Positions 26,256 through 34,354 of a DNA stretch of 64,000 nucleotides are shown in pieces (position 1 is the stretch's first letter; every line of letters starts with the position of its first letter). The notes under the pieces are model-generated. The model was not told where the DNA came from. It made no database searches and worked only from the letters and a program-made list of their open reading frames with translations. The DNA is taken from positions 8,863 through 72,862 of the forward strand of contig JBKOWY010000018.1 in assembly GCA_046724655.1 (NCBI GenBank), read 5' to 3'. A program made the position numbers and the translations under genes. The DNA comes from Actinomycetota bacterium (GTDB lineage Bacteria > Actinomycetota > Acidimicrobiia > IMCC26256 > JACDBD01).

Positions 26256-27414
26256 GTGGCGCGCAATTCGGCCTCTCGGAGGAGCACGAGGAGTTCCGGG
26301 CTGCGCTCAGGCGGTTCGCCGAGAAGGAGATCGCCCCCCACGCCGCCGAGGCGGACGAGCACGAGGCGTACCCGCAAGCGAGCATGGACGCGTTCCGCGA
26401 ATCCGGCTTCGTCGGCGCCCTCTACCCGCCCGAATACGGCGGTCACGCCGGCGACGTCCTGACGTCCGCCCTGGTCATCGAGGAGCTGGCGCGGGCGTGC
26501 GGCTCGACGGCCCTGACGGCGCTCGTGAGCCGCACCGGCGTCAGCGCGCTCCTCGCCCACGGCTCAGAGGAGCTCAAGCGCCGGCTCGTACCACAGGTCG
26601 CGGCGGGCGAATGGCAGGCGAGCTACTGCCTCTCGGAGCCCAACTCCGGCAGCGATGCCGCCGCGATGACCACCCGGCCGTCCCCGACGGCGACCAATGG
26701 ATATTGAGCGGCCGCAAGGCCTGGATCACCAGCGCCGGCGTCTCACGCCTCTACACCGTCTTCGCCAAGACGGACCCGGCCGCCGGGCATCGGGGCATCA
26801 GCGCGTTCGCGGTCGAGCACGACCGGCCCGGGCTCTCCGTCGGCAAGCTCGAGCACAAGATCGGACTCCGCGGCTCTCCGACCGGGAGCTCGTGTTCGAG
26901 GACGGACCGTTCCATCCGAGAACCTCATCGGTGAGCCCGGGCGCGGGTTCCACTACGCGCTCGAAGCTCTCGACGCATCCCGGCCCATCGTCGGCGCCCA
27001 GGCGGTCGGCATCGCCCAAGGCGCGCTCGACGTGGCCGGCGTCTACGTGCTCGAGCGGCGGCAGTTCGCCCAGCGGATCGCCGACTTCCAGGGCGTGCAA
27101 TTCATGCTCGCCGACATGGCCACCCAGCTCGAGGCGGCTCGTCTCCTTGTCTACGCCGCGTGCGCCCGCCTCGACGCCCATGAGCCAAATGTGAGCAAGG
27201 GCTCGTCGATGGCGAAGCTCTTCGCTTCCGACGCCGCCATGCGCGTGACGACCGACGCCGTCCAGCTCCTCGGTGGCGCCGGCACCACCCGCGAGTTCCC
27301 CGTTGAGCGGCTGATGCGGACGCCAAGGTCACGCAGATCTACGAAGGGACGAACCAGATCCAGCGCGTCGTGATCGCCCGCAAGCTCCTCGACGAGCTCG
27401 CCGCCGGCTCCTAG
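26256..27414 (+). pseudogene. acyl-CoA dehydrogenase pseudogene (at least 5-6 frame disruptions)
   Basis: ACAD sequence can be followed only by hopping frames. The segments are: FGLSEEHEEFRAALRRFAEKEIAPHAAEAD...SYCLSEPNSGSDAAAMTTR, then VPDGDQWILSGRKAWITSAG...KIGLRGSPT, then RELVFED, then ENLIGEPGRGFHYALEALDASRPIVGAQAVG...FPVERLMR, then DAKVTQIYEGTNQIQRVVIARKLL...*. The shifts lie near 26262, 26677, 26883, 26900-26913 and 27319. Confidence 0.8.
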
Positions 27415-27463
27415 CGCTCCGAAGCCCTCCGAAAGTTCGCAATTCGCCGCCCCTACACTCGGG

Positions 27464-27523
27464 CCGCGGCGACGGCGGCTTTGCCGACCGGCGCCGCAGG
27501 AGCCCGAGCTTGCGAGGGCGACA
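27464..27523 (+). repeat. diverged third copy of the 65-bp repeat core, immediately upstream of gltX
   Basis: GCGGCGACGGCGGCTTTGCCGACCGGCGCCGC-aggaGCCCGAGCTTGCGAGGGCGACA aligns with GCGATGACGGCGGCTTTGCCGACCGTCATCGC-aaaGCCGGAGCTTGCGACGGCGACA at 19151-19207. The stem differences are paired. AAGGAG and ATG 27535 follow. Confidence 0.65.
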
Positions 27524-27534
27524 CAAGGAGATAG

Positions 27535-28971
27535 ATGGCCGACGCCCCGCGGGTGCGGTTCTCACCCGCTCCAACCGGCTCCCTGCACGTCGGCGGCGCG
27601 CGTACGGCCTTGTTCAACTGGTTGTTCGCACGCCACGAAGGCGGCGTGTTCATCCTCCGCATCGAGGACACGGACGTCGCCCGGTCGCGCCCGGAATGGA
27701 TCGAGGGCATCCAGGACACGCTCGGCTGGCTCGGCCTCGACTGGGACGAAGGCCCGATCCTGCAGAGCACGCGCTTTGACCGCTACCACGCCGCCGCCGA
27801 CCGGCTGCTCGCCGAGGGCTGGGCATACGAGTGCTACTGCACGGAGGAAGAGGTGCGAGCGCGCAACGAGGCGGCGCGAGCGGCAGGCCGCACACCGGGC
27901 TACGACGGCCACTGCCGGGACCTCACCGCCGAGCAACGAGCCGCGCTCGCCGCCGAGGGTCGCCCCCGATCGCTGCGGTTCCGCACACCCGACACGGGCA
28001 CGAGCACGTTCACCGACCTCATCCGGGGCGAGGTCAGCGTCGAGTGGGCGACGATCCCCGACTTCGTCATCGTCCGCTCGGACGGGACGCCGCTCTTCTT
28101 CCTCGCCAACGCCGTCGACGACGTCGAGATGGGGATCACGCACGTGATCCGGGGCGAGGACCTCCTCGACACGACCCACCGCGTGCTCGCCCTGCGTGAA
28201 GCGCTCGGCGCGCACGACCGCCCCGTCTATGCGCACCTTCCTCTGATCGTCGGCGCCGACCGCGCCAAGCTCTCGAAGCGTCATGGCGCCGTCGCCCTCG
28301 AGGAGTTCCGCGACGCCGGCTACCTCCCAGAGGCAGTGCTCAACTATCTGGCGCTCCTCGGCTGGGGCCCCGAGGACGGCCGCGAGATCCTCGAGCGCGA
28401 AGAGCTGATCGCCGAGTTCGAGCTCGACCGCGTGGTCCACTCACCCGCCTTCTTCGACCACCAGAAGCTCGACTGGATGAACGGCGAGTGGATCCGGCGC
28501 CTCGACCTGGACGAGCTGGAGCGCCTGGCCCTCCCGACCGCCGAGGCTCGGTTCGGCGCCCGGCTCGACCGGGACGTGTTCCGGGGCGCGCTGCGCATCG
28601 CCCAGGAACGCGCCGTGACCATCAACGCCATGGTCGAGCAGATGGAGTTCCTGTTCGTCGACGACGAGGACCTTGCCATCGATCCCGAGTCGTGGGCGCG
28701 CCTGGAGAAGACGGAACGGGCAGCCGAGATCCTCGACGCGGTCATCGACTACCTCGAGACGTGCGACGAGTGGACGGTCGAGAGCCTCGACATCCGCCCC
28801 GTGCTCGAGAAGCTGCAGGTGAAGCCGCGCAAGGTGATGCACGTGATCTACACGGCCGTCGAGGGCCGCGCCGCCGGGCTTCCGCTGTTCGACTCGATGT
28901 ATCTGCTCGGCCGCGAGCGCACACTCCGGCGGCTGCGAGCGGCGGGCGAGCGCCTTCGGTACGGTCGGTGA
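27535..28971 (+). CDS. gltX: glutamate--tRNA ligase
   Basis: RFSPAPTGSLHVGGARTALFNWL carries the HIGH-type motif and KLSKRHG the KMSKS-type motif. Confidence 0.95.
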   Translation: MADAPRVRFSPAPTGSLHVGGARTALFNWLFARHEGGVFILRIEDTDVARSRPEWIEGIQDTLGWLGLDWDEGPILQSTRFDRYHAAADRLLAEGWAYECYCTEEEVRARNEAARAAGRTPGYDGHCRDLTAEQRAALAAEGRPRSLRFRTPDTGTSTFTDLIRGEVSVEWATIPDFVIVRSDGTPLFFLANAVDDVEMGITHVIRGEDLLDTTHRVLALREALGAHDRPVYAHLPLIVGADRAKLSKRHGAVALEEFRDAGYLPEAVLNYLALLGWGPEDGREILEREELIAEFELDRVVHSPAFFDHQKLDWMNGEWIRRLDLDELERLALPTAEARFGARLDRDVFRGALRIAQERAVTINAMVEQMEFLFVDDEDLAIDPESWARLEKTERAAEILDAVIDYLETCDEWTVESLDIRPVLEKLQVKPRKVMHVIYTAVEGRAAGLPLFDSMYLLGRERTLRRLRAAGERLRYGR

Positions 28972-29642
28972 GGATCAGCTGGCGCATCGTCCGACGGGTC
29001 GGGGTCGTCGTGGTCCTCGCCGCGCTGCTGTATTACGTCGTCACGTTCGTGCAGGTGTGGTGGGCAGCCCGTCACGACGACAGCCGCCGGTCGGAGGCGA
29101 TCGTCGTGCTCGGCGCCGCGCAGTTCAACGGCCGGCCGTCGGCCGTGTTCCGGGCGCGTCTCGACCACGCGGCCACCCTCTACAAGGAGCGCGTCGCCCC
29201 GACGATCGTGGTCACCGGGGGCAAGCAGACCGGCGATCAGTTCACAGAAGCGACGTCCGGCGCGAACTATCTCCACACCAACGGCGTGCCCGACGCCGCG
29301 ATCTTGCGCGAGACGACGAGCCGCACGTCGTGGGAGTCGCTCGCCGCCGCCGCCCGCGTGTTGCGGGACCGAGGTGAGAAGCAGGTCGTGCTCGTCTCCG
29401 ACCCGTTCCACGCGCTCCGCATCCGGTCGATCGCGAACGAGCTCGGCCTCGATGCGGTCACGTCGCCCACGCGGAGCAGCCCCATCTCCGGCTTCGAAGA
29501 GTGGCGCCGGTTCCTGAGCGAGGCGCTGCGGGTCGCCGTCGGGCGCATCGTCGGGTTCGGGCGTCTGGCGCGGGGCGCGAACAGGGTGGGGAGGCTCGTG
29601 CCGGGACTCGGTAGCATGGCTGTTCCTTCGGGGGTGGTGTAA
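28968..29642 (+). CDS. YdcF/ElyC (DUF218) family protein with N-terminal TM anchor
   Basis: The GTG overlaps the gltX stop (GTGA). Matching segments are AIVVLGAAQFNGRPSAVFRARLDHAATLYKERVAPTIVVTGG and VLVSDPFHALR. The 3' end overlaps tRNA-Gln by 15 nt. Confidence 0.8.
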   Translation: MRISWRIVRRVGVVVVLAALLYYVVTFVQVWWAARHDDSRRSEAIVVLGAAQFNGRPSAVFRARLDHAATLYKERVAPTIVVTGGKQTGDQFTEATSGANYLHTNGVPDAAILRETTSRTSWESLAAAARVLRDRGEKQVVLVSDPFHALRIRSIANELGLDAVTSPTRSSPISGFEEWRRFLSEALRVAVGRIVGFGRLARGANRVGRLVPGLGSMAVPSGVV

Positions 29643-29699
29643 TCGGCAACACAACAGGTTCTGGCCCTGTCGTTGGGGGTTCGAGTCCTCCCCCCCGAG
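29628..29699 (+). tRNA. tRNA-Gln (anticodon CTG)
   Basis: Hand-folded cloverleaf: acceptor TCGGGGG/CCCCCGA, D arm GTGT-AATCGGCA-ACAC, anticodon arm ACAGG-TTCTGGC-CCTGT, T arm GGGGG-TTCGAGT-CCTCC, discriminator G. CCA is not encoded. Confidence 0.9.
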
Positions 29700-29747
29700 C
29701 CCGCACAGGTCCCGCGCACCGTTCTCGGTGCACGGGCCGGTGCCGAA

Positions 29748-29820
29748 GGCCCCGTCGTCTAGTGGCCTAGGACGCCGCCCTCTCAAGGCGGAAACGGCAG
29801 TTCGAATCTGCTCGGGGCTG
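29748..29820 (+). tRNA. tRNA-Glu (anticodon CTC)
   Basis: Hand-folded cloverleaf: acceptor GGCCCCG/CGGGGCT, D arm GTCT-AGTGGCCTA-GGAC, anticodon arm CCGCC-CTCTCAA-GGCGG, T arm GGCAG-TTCGAAT-CTGCT. Confidence 0.9.
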
Positions 29821-29851
29821 CAGCTCGTGACAGTCGAACGAGGCACGCACT

Positions 29852-29885
29852 GACCCGGTCACCGACGGCCGGGTCGCTGCGTTTT
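29852..29885 (+). terminator. hairpin plus short T-run after the tRNA pair
   Basis: GACCCGG-n10-CCGGGTC is followed by gctgcgTTTT. Confidence 0.4.
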
Positions 29886-29913
29886 CCCTGGTCAACCCCA
29901 GTATTCGCCCTGC

Positions 29914-30171
29914 TTACCATTCGATGCGGGGCTGCCCCGCGCTCACGTGCAAGGTGCACGGCATGCCCAGCAGCGCGAGCGCGTCGCGTGGCGCGTCGCT
30001 GGCGCGCACCGAGACGACGTCGCCCTTCCGCGGTCCGGTCGTGATCGTCAGATCGAGCGCGATCGCGCCGTCGCCGTGCTCGTCTGCCCACACGACGAAC
30101 GCGTCGTACGTGCCGTCGGCAAGCGGAGTATCCACCACTCGCATCGTCGCGCGAGTTAGCGTCATCGACAC
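29914..30171 (-). CDS. small hypothetical protein
   Basis: The 85-aa ORF has high GC3 and normal composition (..DGTYDAFVVWADEHGDGAIALDLTITTGPRKGDVV..). No family is recognised. Confidence 0.5.
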   Translation of the reverse strand: MSMTLTRATMRVVDTPLADGTYDAFVVWADEHGDGAIALDLTITTGPRKGDVVSVRASDAPRDALALLGMPCTLHVSAGQPRIEW

Positions 30172-30365
30172 GAACTCACAGTGCGCGAGTTGTCAGCAGC
30201 GAACCGCGATGCGGTGTGTGTTCGAGGGCGGACGAAAGGCTGATATGACGCTCAGAGAGCTTGCTCTTTGCGCGCGAGTCGAACAGAATTAACGGAAATG
30301 CTTGAAATTGCGGTCGAATTAGGTTCCACTTCTTTGGATACCTGGCCGCAAGTTCGGAGGTCCGC

Positions 30366-30647
30366 GTGAACAAGTCAGAACTTATCGATGAGGTTCACTC
30401 GGCGGCAGGTGGTGACGTCGATAAGAAAGACGTGGCGACCGTTGTCGACAAGCTCATCGAGGTCGTCGAACGTGCCGTCGCGCGCGGCGACAAAGTCACG
30501 ATTCCCGGTTTCGGCGCTTGGTCGCGTACCCAGCGCGCGGCACGCACGGGGCGCAACCCGCGCACCGGCGAGCCGGTTCAGATCGCGGCATCAAAGGGCG
30601 TGAAGTTCTCGGCTGGTGCCAGCTTCAAGTCCGCCGTGAACAAGTAG
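30366..30647 (+). CDS. hup: HU-family nucleoid-associated DNA-binding protein (HU domain only)
   Basis: MNKSELIDEV...KVTIPGFGAWSRTQRAARTGRNPRTGEPVQIAASKGVKFSAG is an HU sequence. The start is GTG, with GGAGG 6 nt upstream, and an AT-richer promoter region lies at 30230-30360. Confidence 0.93.
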   Translation: MNKSELIDEVHSAAGGDVDKKDVATVVDKLIEVVERAVARGDKVTIPGFGAWSRTQRAARTGRNPRTGEPVQIAASKGVKFSAGASFKSAVNK

Positions 30648-30702
30648 GTGCGAGTGACGAGAACTGTCGCCTCGTATCTACGGGCAATAATCCCAACGAA
30701 AG

Positions 30703-31131
30703 GTGGTGACCGTGCCTCCGGCGAAAAGACGCACAGCACGGAAATCAACTAGGAAGACAGCACGTAAGCCGGCGAAGAGGCGGACAACCGCCAAGCGTCG
30801 GACTGCACGCAAGTCGACGGCACGGAAGCCGGCACGTCGGCGGCGCAAGGCCGCTGCGGCGCCGGTGAAGCGGCGTCGTCGGCGCAAGACGACTGCGGCG
30901 AAGAAGACGGCCAAGCGTCGTCCGGCCAAGCGTCGCCGTCGTAAGGCCACTGCTGCGGCGAAGCCCGCGAAGCGGCGTCGTCGTCGTAAGGCCACTGCTG
31001 CGGCGAAGCCGGCGAAGCGGCGTCGCCGTCGTAAGGCTGCCGGTGCGGCCAAGCCCGTGAGGCGTCGCCGTCGCAAGGCGTCGACGGGAACGGCAAAGCG
31101 GCGTCCGGCGAAGAGGCGGGCCCGTCGGTAA
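30703..31131 (+). CDS. extremely basic Arg/Lys/Ala-repeat protein (histone H1 / HupB-tail-like)
   Basis: The 142-aa protein is built from AKRR/ARK repeats (..KATAAAKPAKRRRRRKATAAAKPAKRRRRRK..). It lies 55 nt after the hup stop, in a different frame. The start is GTG 30703 or 30712, with AAAGGTGG upstream. Confidence 0.7.
   Translation: MVTVPPAKRRTARKSTRKTARKPAKRRTTAKRRTARKSTARKPARRRRKAAAAPVKRRRRRKTTAAKKTAKRRPAKRRRRKATAAAKPAKRRRRRKATAAAKPAKRRRRRKAAGAAKPVRRRRRKASTGTAKRRPAKRRARR
30943..31077 (+). repeat. 45-bp in-frame tandem repeat (about 3 units) inside the basic protein gene
   Basis: The unit aaggccactgctgcggcgaagcc(c/g)gcgaagcggcgtcg(t/c)cgtcgt is repeated at 30943 and 30988, and a diverged unit lies at 31033. 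Confidence 0.8.
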
Positions 31132-31164
31132 GACCGGCGAGGCCAACCTTCAACTCAGGTGAGT

Positions 31165-31187
31165 AGGGGGCCTTCGGGCCCCCTTCT
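31165..31187. terminator. GC-rich hairpin between convergent genes (hup operon / deacetylase)
   Basis: AGGGGGCC-ttcg-GGCCCCCT is followed by tct. Confidence 0.65.
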
Positions 31188-31208
31188 CGCGACCGGACGC
31201 CGCTTGCG

Positions 31209-31955
31209 TCACACCTTATCGATCAGCTTGAACCCCTCGGCGGGCCCGATCCCGGCCGCCCGTCCCGCCGTCTCGGCCTCGGCCCGCACACGGGTGGCGA
31301 AGGCCTCCCGCTGGGCCTCCACGTCGGGCGCCTCGGAGTCGATCCCCATGGTCGATCGCCACTGGCTGCGGTGGCACAACAGCGCCCGGACCTTGGCGTC
31401 GAGCTGGTCGCCGATCCGCTCGAGGTGGTCGACCTCCTCCGCCTCGAACAGCAGCAGCAGCCGCGGGCGGTGCGGGGGAAGGCCGAGGTCAGGAAAGAAA
31501 TGGTGGTCGCGGGCGGCGACCACGCCGTCGAGGACGAGCCACCCGGCGTGGCGGTGGTCGGGGTGGAGCCGATACCGCTTCCACGGGTCGTGGCCAAGCA
31601 CGACGTCGGGCCGGATCCGTCGGATCGCCGCCGTGACGAGCGCCCGTTCCGGGAGCCCACTCCCGAGCTCCCCGTCCGGCAGGCCCAGCATCTCGATGCC
31701 GGTGATACAGAGCTCCTTGGCGGCCGCCTCCTGCTCTCGATGCCGTGTCGCCACCAGGGCGGACAAATCGGCGTCCGGGTCCCAGGTGCCCTTCGACCCG
31801 TCCGTGATCACCAGCAGGTGGACGGTGGCGCCGGCCGCCGCCCACTTGGCCAGGGTCCCGCCCGCTCCGAACTCCACGTCGTCCGAGTGGGCCCCGATGG
31901 CCAGCACGCGTCCCGGCGTCGGCAGATCGCTCGACGGTGGTGCGGGCTCGCTCAC
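31209..31955 (-). CDS. PIG-L/LmbE-family N-acetylglucosaminyl deacetylase-like protein
   Basis: VLAIGAHSDDVEFGAGGT and HPDHRHAG match the family. The GTG start overlaps the upstream stop (GTGA). Confidence 0.85.
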   Translation of the reverse strand: MSEPAPPSSDLPTPGRVLAIGAHSDDVEFGAGGTLAKWAAAGATVHLLVITDGSKGTWDPDADLSALVATRHREQEAAAKELCITGIEMLGLPDGELGSGLPERALVTAAIRRIRPDVVLGHDPWKRYRLHPDHRHAGWLVLDGVVAARDHHFFPDLGLPPHRPRLLLLFEAEEVDHLERIGDQLDAKVRALLCHRSQWRSTMGIDSEAPDVEAQREAFATRVRAEAETAGRAAGIGPAEGFKLIDKV

Positions 31956-32533
31956 CGAGAGCGTGACAGGAGACCGAGCCGGTCCAGGTCGTCGGGGACG
32001 TCGATGTCGAACGCCAGCTCGGCGTCCCGGAGCACGCGGAAGCCGAGGCCGAGCCGCCGGGCCTCGGCCGCGTGACGGCGGAACGAGCCCGGCCCGTAGG
32101 CGAACCGGAACGGTGCATCGACCGGTACCGAGAGCACGGTCGTGCCGTCGTCGCGGTGGCACGGCACGACGCCGACGACGGGCCGGGCTCGGTCACGCGC
32201 CAGCGGCGTGAGCGTTCGGGCCAACGGAAGGTCCGCGTGCACGATCACGGCCCGGGCGCAGCCGCGTGCTTCGACCCATCCGCGCCCGACCACCGCGGCC
32301 GCGTCGAGTGAACCCGGATCGTCGACGGCATCGAGGCCCCGCGCCCGCGCCCAGTCGCGCACGTCGGGCGCGCTCGACACGACGACGGCCGGCAGCTCAC
32401 CGGCGGCGGCCGCCACGCCGTCGGCCAGCCGTCGGGCGAGATCGGAGCGGGCGTCGTCGTCGAGCAGCGCGGCAAGGCGTACCTTCCCTAGCGCGAACGC
32501 TCGTACCGGGATCACGACGCCCACGCCGCTCAC
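31952..32533 (-). CDS. cofC: 2-phospho-L-lactate guanylyltransferase (CofC/FbiD family, F420 biosynthesis)
   Basis: VVIPVRAFALGKVRLAALL...IVHADLPL...FRFAYGPGSFRRH is the CofC-like pattern. Confidence 0.75.
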   Translation of the reverse strand: MSGVGVVIPVRAFALGKVRLAALLDDDARSDLARRLADGVAAAAGELPAVVVSSAPDVRDWARARGLDAVDDPGSLDAAAVVGRGWVEARGCARAVIVHADLPLARTLTPLARDRARPVVGVVPCHRDDGTTVLSVPVDAPFRFAYGPGSFRRHAAEARRLGLGFRVLRDAELAFDIDVPDDLDRLGLLSRSR

Positions 32534-32566
32534 TGGAGGCTCACCGTGCGCGTGAAGTGCGAGCGC

Positions 32567-33319
32567 ATGTGGCTGCGTATGCTACCGGCCGTGGAACCCG
32601 TGTATTCCCTGGTCCGCGCGGCGTTGTTGCCGCCGCTGCACTACGGGATCAAATGGACGATCGAGGGCGCGCACCTCATCCCGCCGCGCGGACCGGTGAT
32701 CCTGGTTAGCAACCACACGTCGTATCTCGACCCGCTCGTGCTCGCGTACCTTGCCGATCGCCGTCACCGGCGAGTCCGGTTCCTGACCAAAGCCGAGCTC
32801 TTCGACAAGAAGCCACTCGGCTTCATGTTGCGCCAGGTTCACCAGATCCCCGTGGTGCGGAACTCGCCGACGGCGGCCGGCTCCCTCGAGCTCGCGGTCG
32901 AAGCGCTCCGGCGTGGTGAGTGTGTCGTCATCTTTCCCGAGGGGACCATCTCGCTCGACCTCGAGCCGATGGCGGGCAAGACGGGAACCGCTCGCCTTGC
33001 CGCGCAATCGGGGGTGCCGGTCACACCAGTCGGGCTCTGGGGCGCGCACCGCATCGTGTTCAAGGGCCGCAAGCCGCAGTGGCAGTGGGGCGTGGCCGAG
33101 ACCGCCGTCGTCGGCCCGCCGTTGCGCATCCGTGCCGACGAGGACGTCTTCGCCGCCACCGATCGCATCATGAGCGCGATCGCGACGTGCGTCGCACGAG
33201 CACGCGAGATCTACCCGCAACGCCCCGGTGAGGGCGACGACGGATGGTGGCAGCGCGGTCCGGAGACGGCCCGGGTGCGCCCCGCGAAGCGCGCCAAGGA
33301 ATCCGAGGCCGCCTCGTGA
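32567..33319 (+). CDS. plsC: 1-acyl-sn-glycerol-3-phosphate acyltransferase (lysophospholipid acyltransferase family)
   Basis: VSNHTSYLDP is the HX4D box, and VIFPEGT is present. The start is uncertain (32546, 32567 or 32579). Confidence 0.85.
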   Translation: MWLRMLPAVEPVYSLVRAALLPPLHYGIKWTIEGAHLIPPRGPVILVSNHTSYLDPLVLAYLADRRHRRVRFLTKAELFDKKPLGFMLRQVHQIPVVRNSPTAAGSLELAVEALRRGECVVIFPEGTISLDLEPMAGKTGTARLAAQSGVPVTPVGLWGAHRIVFKGRKPQWQWGVAETAVVGPPLRIRADEDVFAATDRIMSAIATCVARAREIYPQRPGEGDDGWWQRGPETARVRPAKRAKESEAAS

Positions 33320-34335
33320 GTGAGGACCCCCGGGTCGCAGTCGTAGGAGCAGGGTCGTGGGGGACGGCTGTCGCCGCGCTCGTGTCGACCAACGCCGAGA
33401 CCGTCCTCTGGGCGCGCCGGCCCGAGCTCGCCGCCGCCATCGTCGATCGGCACGAGAACTCCGAGTACCTGCCCGGTGTCGAGCTCCCCGACGACTTGCG
33501 GGTCACGGCCGACATCGAAGAGGCGTGCGCAACCGCGGACGTCGTGGTGCTCGGCGTCCCGTCGCACGGCATGCGCGCCGTGCTGACAGAAGCGGCCAAG
33601 TTCGTGCGCCCCGCCGTTCCCGTCGTCAGCCTGGCGAAAGGCGTGGAGCAGGGAACGCTGCGGCGCATGACCGAGATCATCGCCGAGGTGCTCCCGACAC
33701 ACCTGCGCGAGCGCATCGGCGTGCTCACCGGCCCCAATCTCGCCCGTGAGATCGCGGCCGGGCAGCCGGCGGCGTCGGTGGTCGCCGTGGAGGACGAGCC
33801 GACGGCCGAGGATCTGCAGCGCCTGCTCATGACGGCAACGTTCCGCGTGTACACGAACCCGGACGTGGTCGGATGCGAGATCGCCGGCGCGCTCAAGAAC
33901 GTCATGGCGATCGCGGCAGGCATCGCTGATGGCCTCGGCTACGGCGACAACACGAAGGCCGCGCTCCTCACGCGCGGTCTCGCCGAGCTCACGCGCCTCG
34001 GCATCGGGCTCGGCGGCAATCCCCTTACGTTCTCGGGCCTCGCCGGCATGGGCGACCTGGTCGCGACGTGCACGAGCACCCAGAGCCGCAACCGCGCGGT
34101 CGGCGAGCAACTCGGTAAGGGTCGCCAGATCGACGACATCGTCGCCGAGATGAGGATGGTCGCTGAAGGCGTGAAGTCGACCGCCGCCGTCCTCGAGCTC
34201 GCTCGGCGACACCGGGTCGAGATGCCGATCGCGGAACAGGTCGGAGCCGTACTGTACGAAGGCAAACGCGCCGAGGACCTCGTCACCGCGCTCATGCTGC
34301 GAGAAGCCAAACCAGAGCTCCACGGCATCACATGA
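33316..34335 (+). CDS. gpsA: NAD(P)H-dependent glycerol-3-phosphate dehydrogenase
   Basis: VAVVGAGSWGTA, LTGPNLAREIA and GALKNVMAIAAG match the family. The GTG overlaps the plsC stop (GTGA). Confidence 0.93.
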   Translation: MSEDPRVAVVGAGSWGTAVAALVSTNAETVLWARRPELAAAIVDRHENSEYLPGVELPDDLRVTADIEEACATADVVVLGVPSHGMRAVLTEAAKFVRPAVPVVSLAKGVEQGTLRRMTEIIAEVLPTHLRERIGVLTGPNLAREIAAGQPAASVVAVEDEPTAEDLQRLLMTATFRVYTNPDVVGCEIAGALKNVMAIAAGIADGLGYGDNTKAALLTRGLAELTRLGIGLGGNPLTFSGLAGMGDLVATCTSTQSRNRAVGEQLGKGRQIDDIVAEMRMVAEGVKSTAAVLELARRHRVEMPIAEQVGAVLYEGKRAEDLVTALMLREAKPELHGIT

Positions 34336-34354
34336 GCAGCGTGATCGAACCAGA

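Noticed and set aside
29821-30365. Genomic island integrated at the tRNA-Glu 3' end, suggested by an AT-richer stretch and a small unknown gene.
   Set aside because: I found no direct repeat of the tRNA 3' end and no integrase. The next genes are core (HU). The AT-richer DNA is better explained as the hup promoter region.
30678-31153. Three minus-strand ORFs (about 132-134 aa) opposite the basic-protein gene.
   Set aside because: They are mirror images of the repeat DNA. The plus-strand ORF has the RBS, follows hup in the same orientation and is followed by the terminator.
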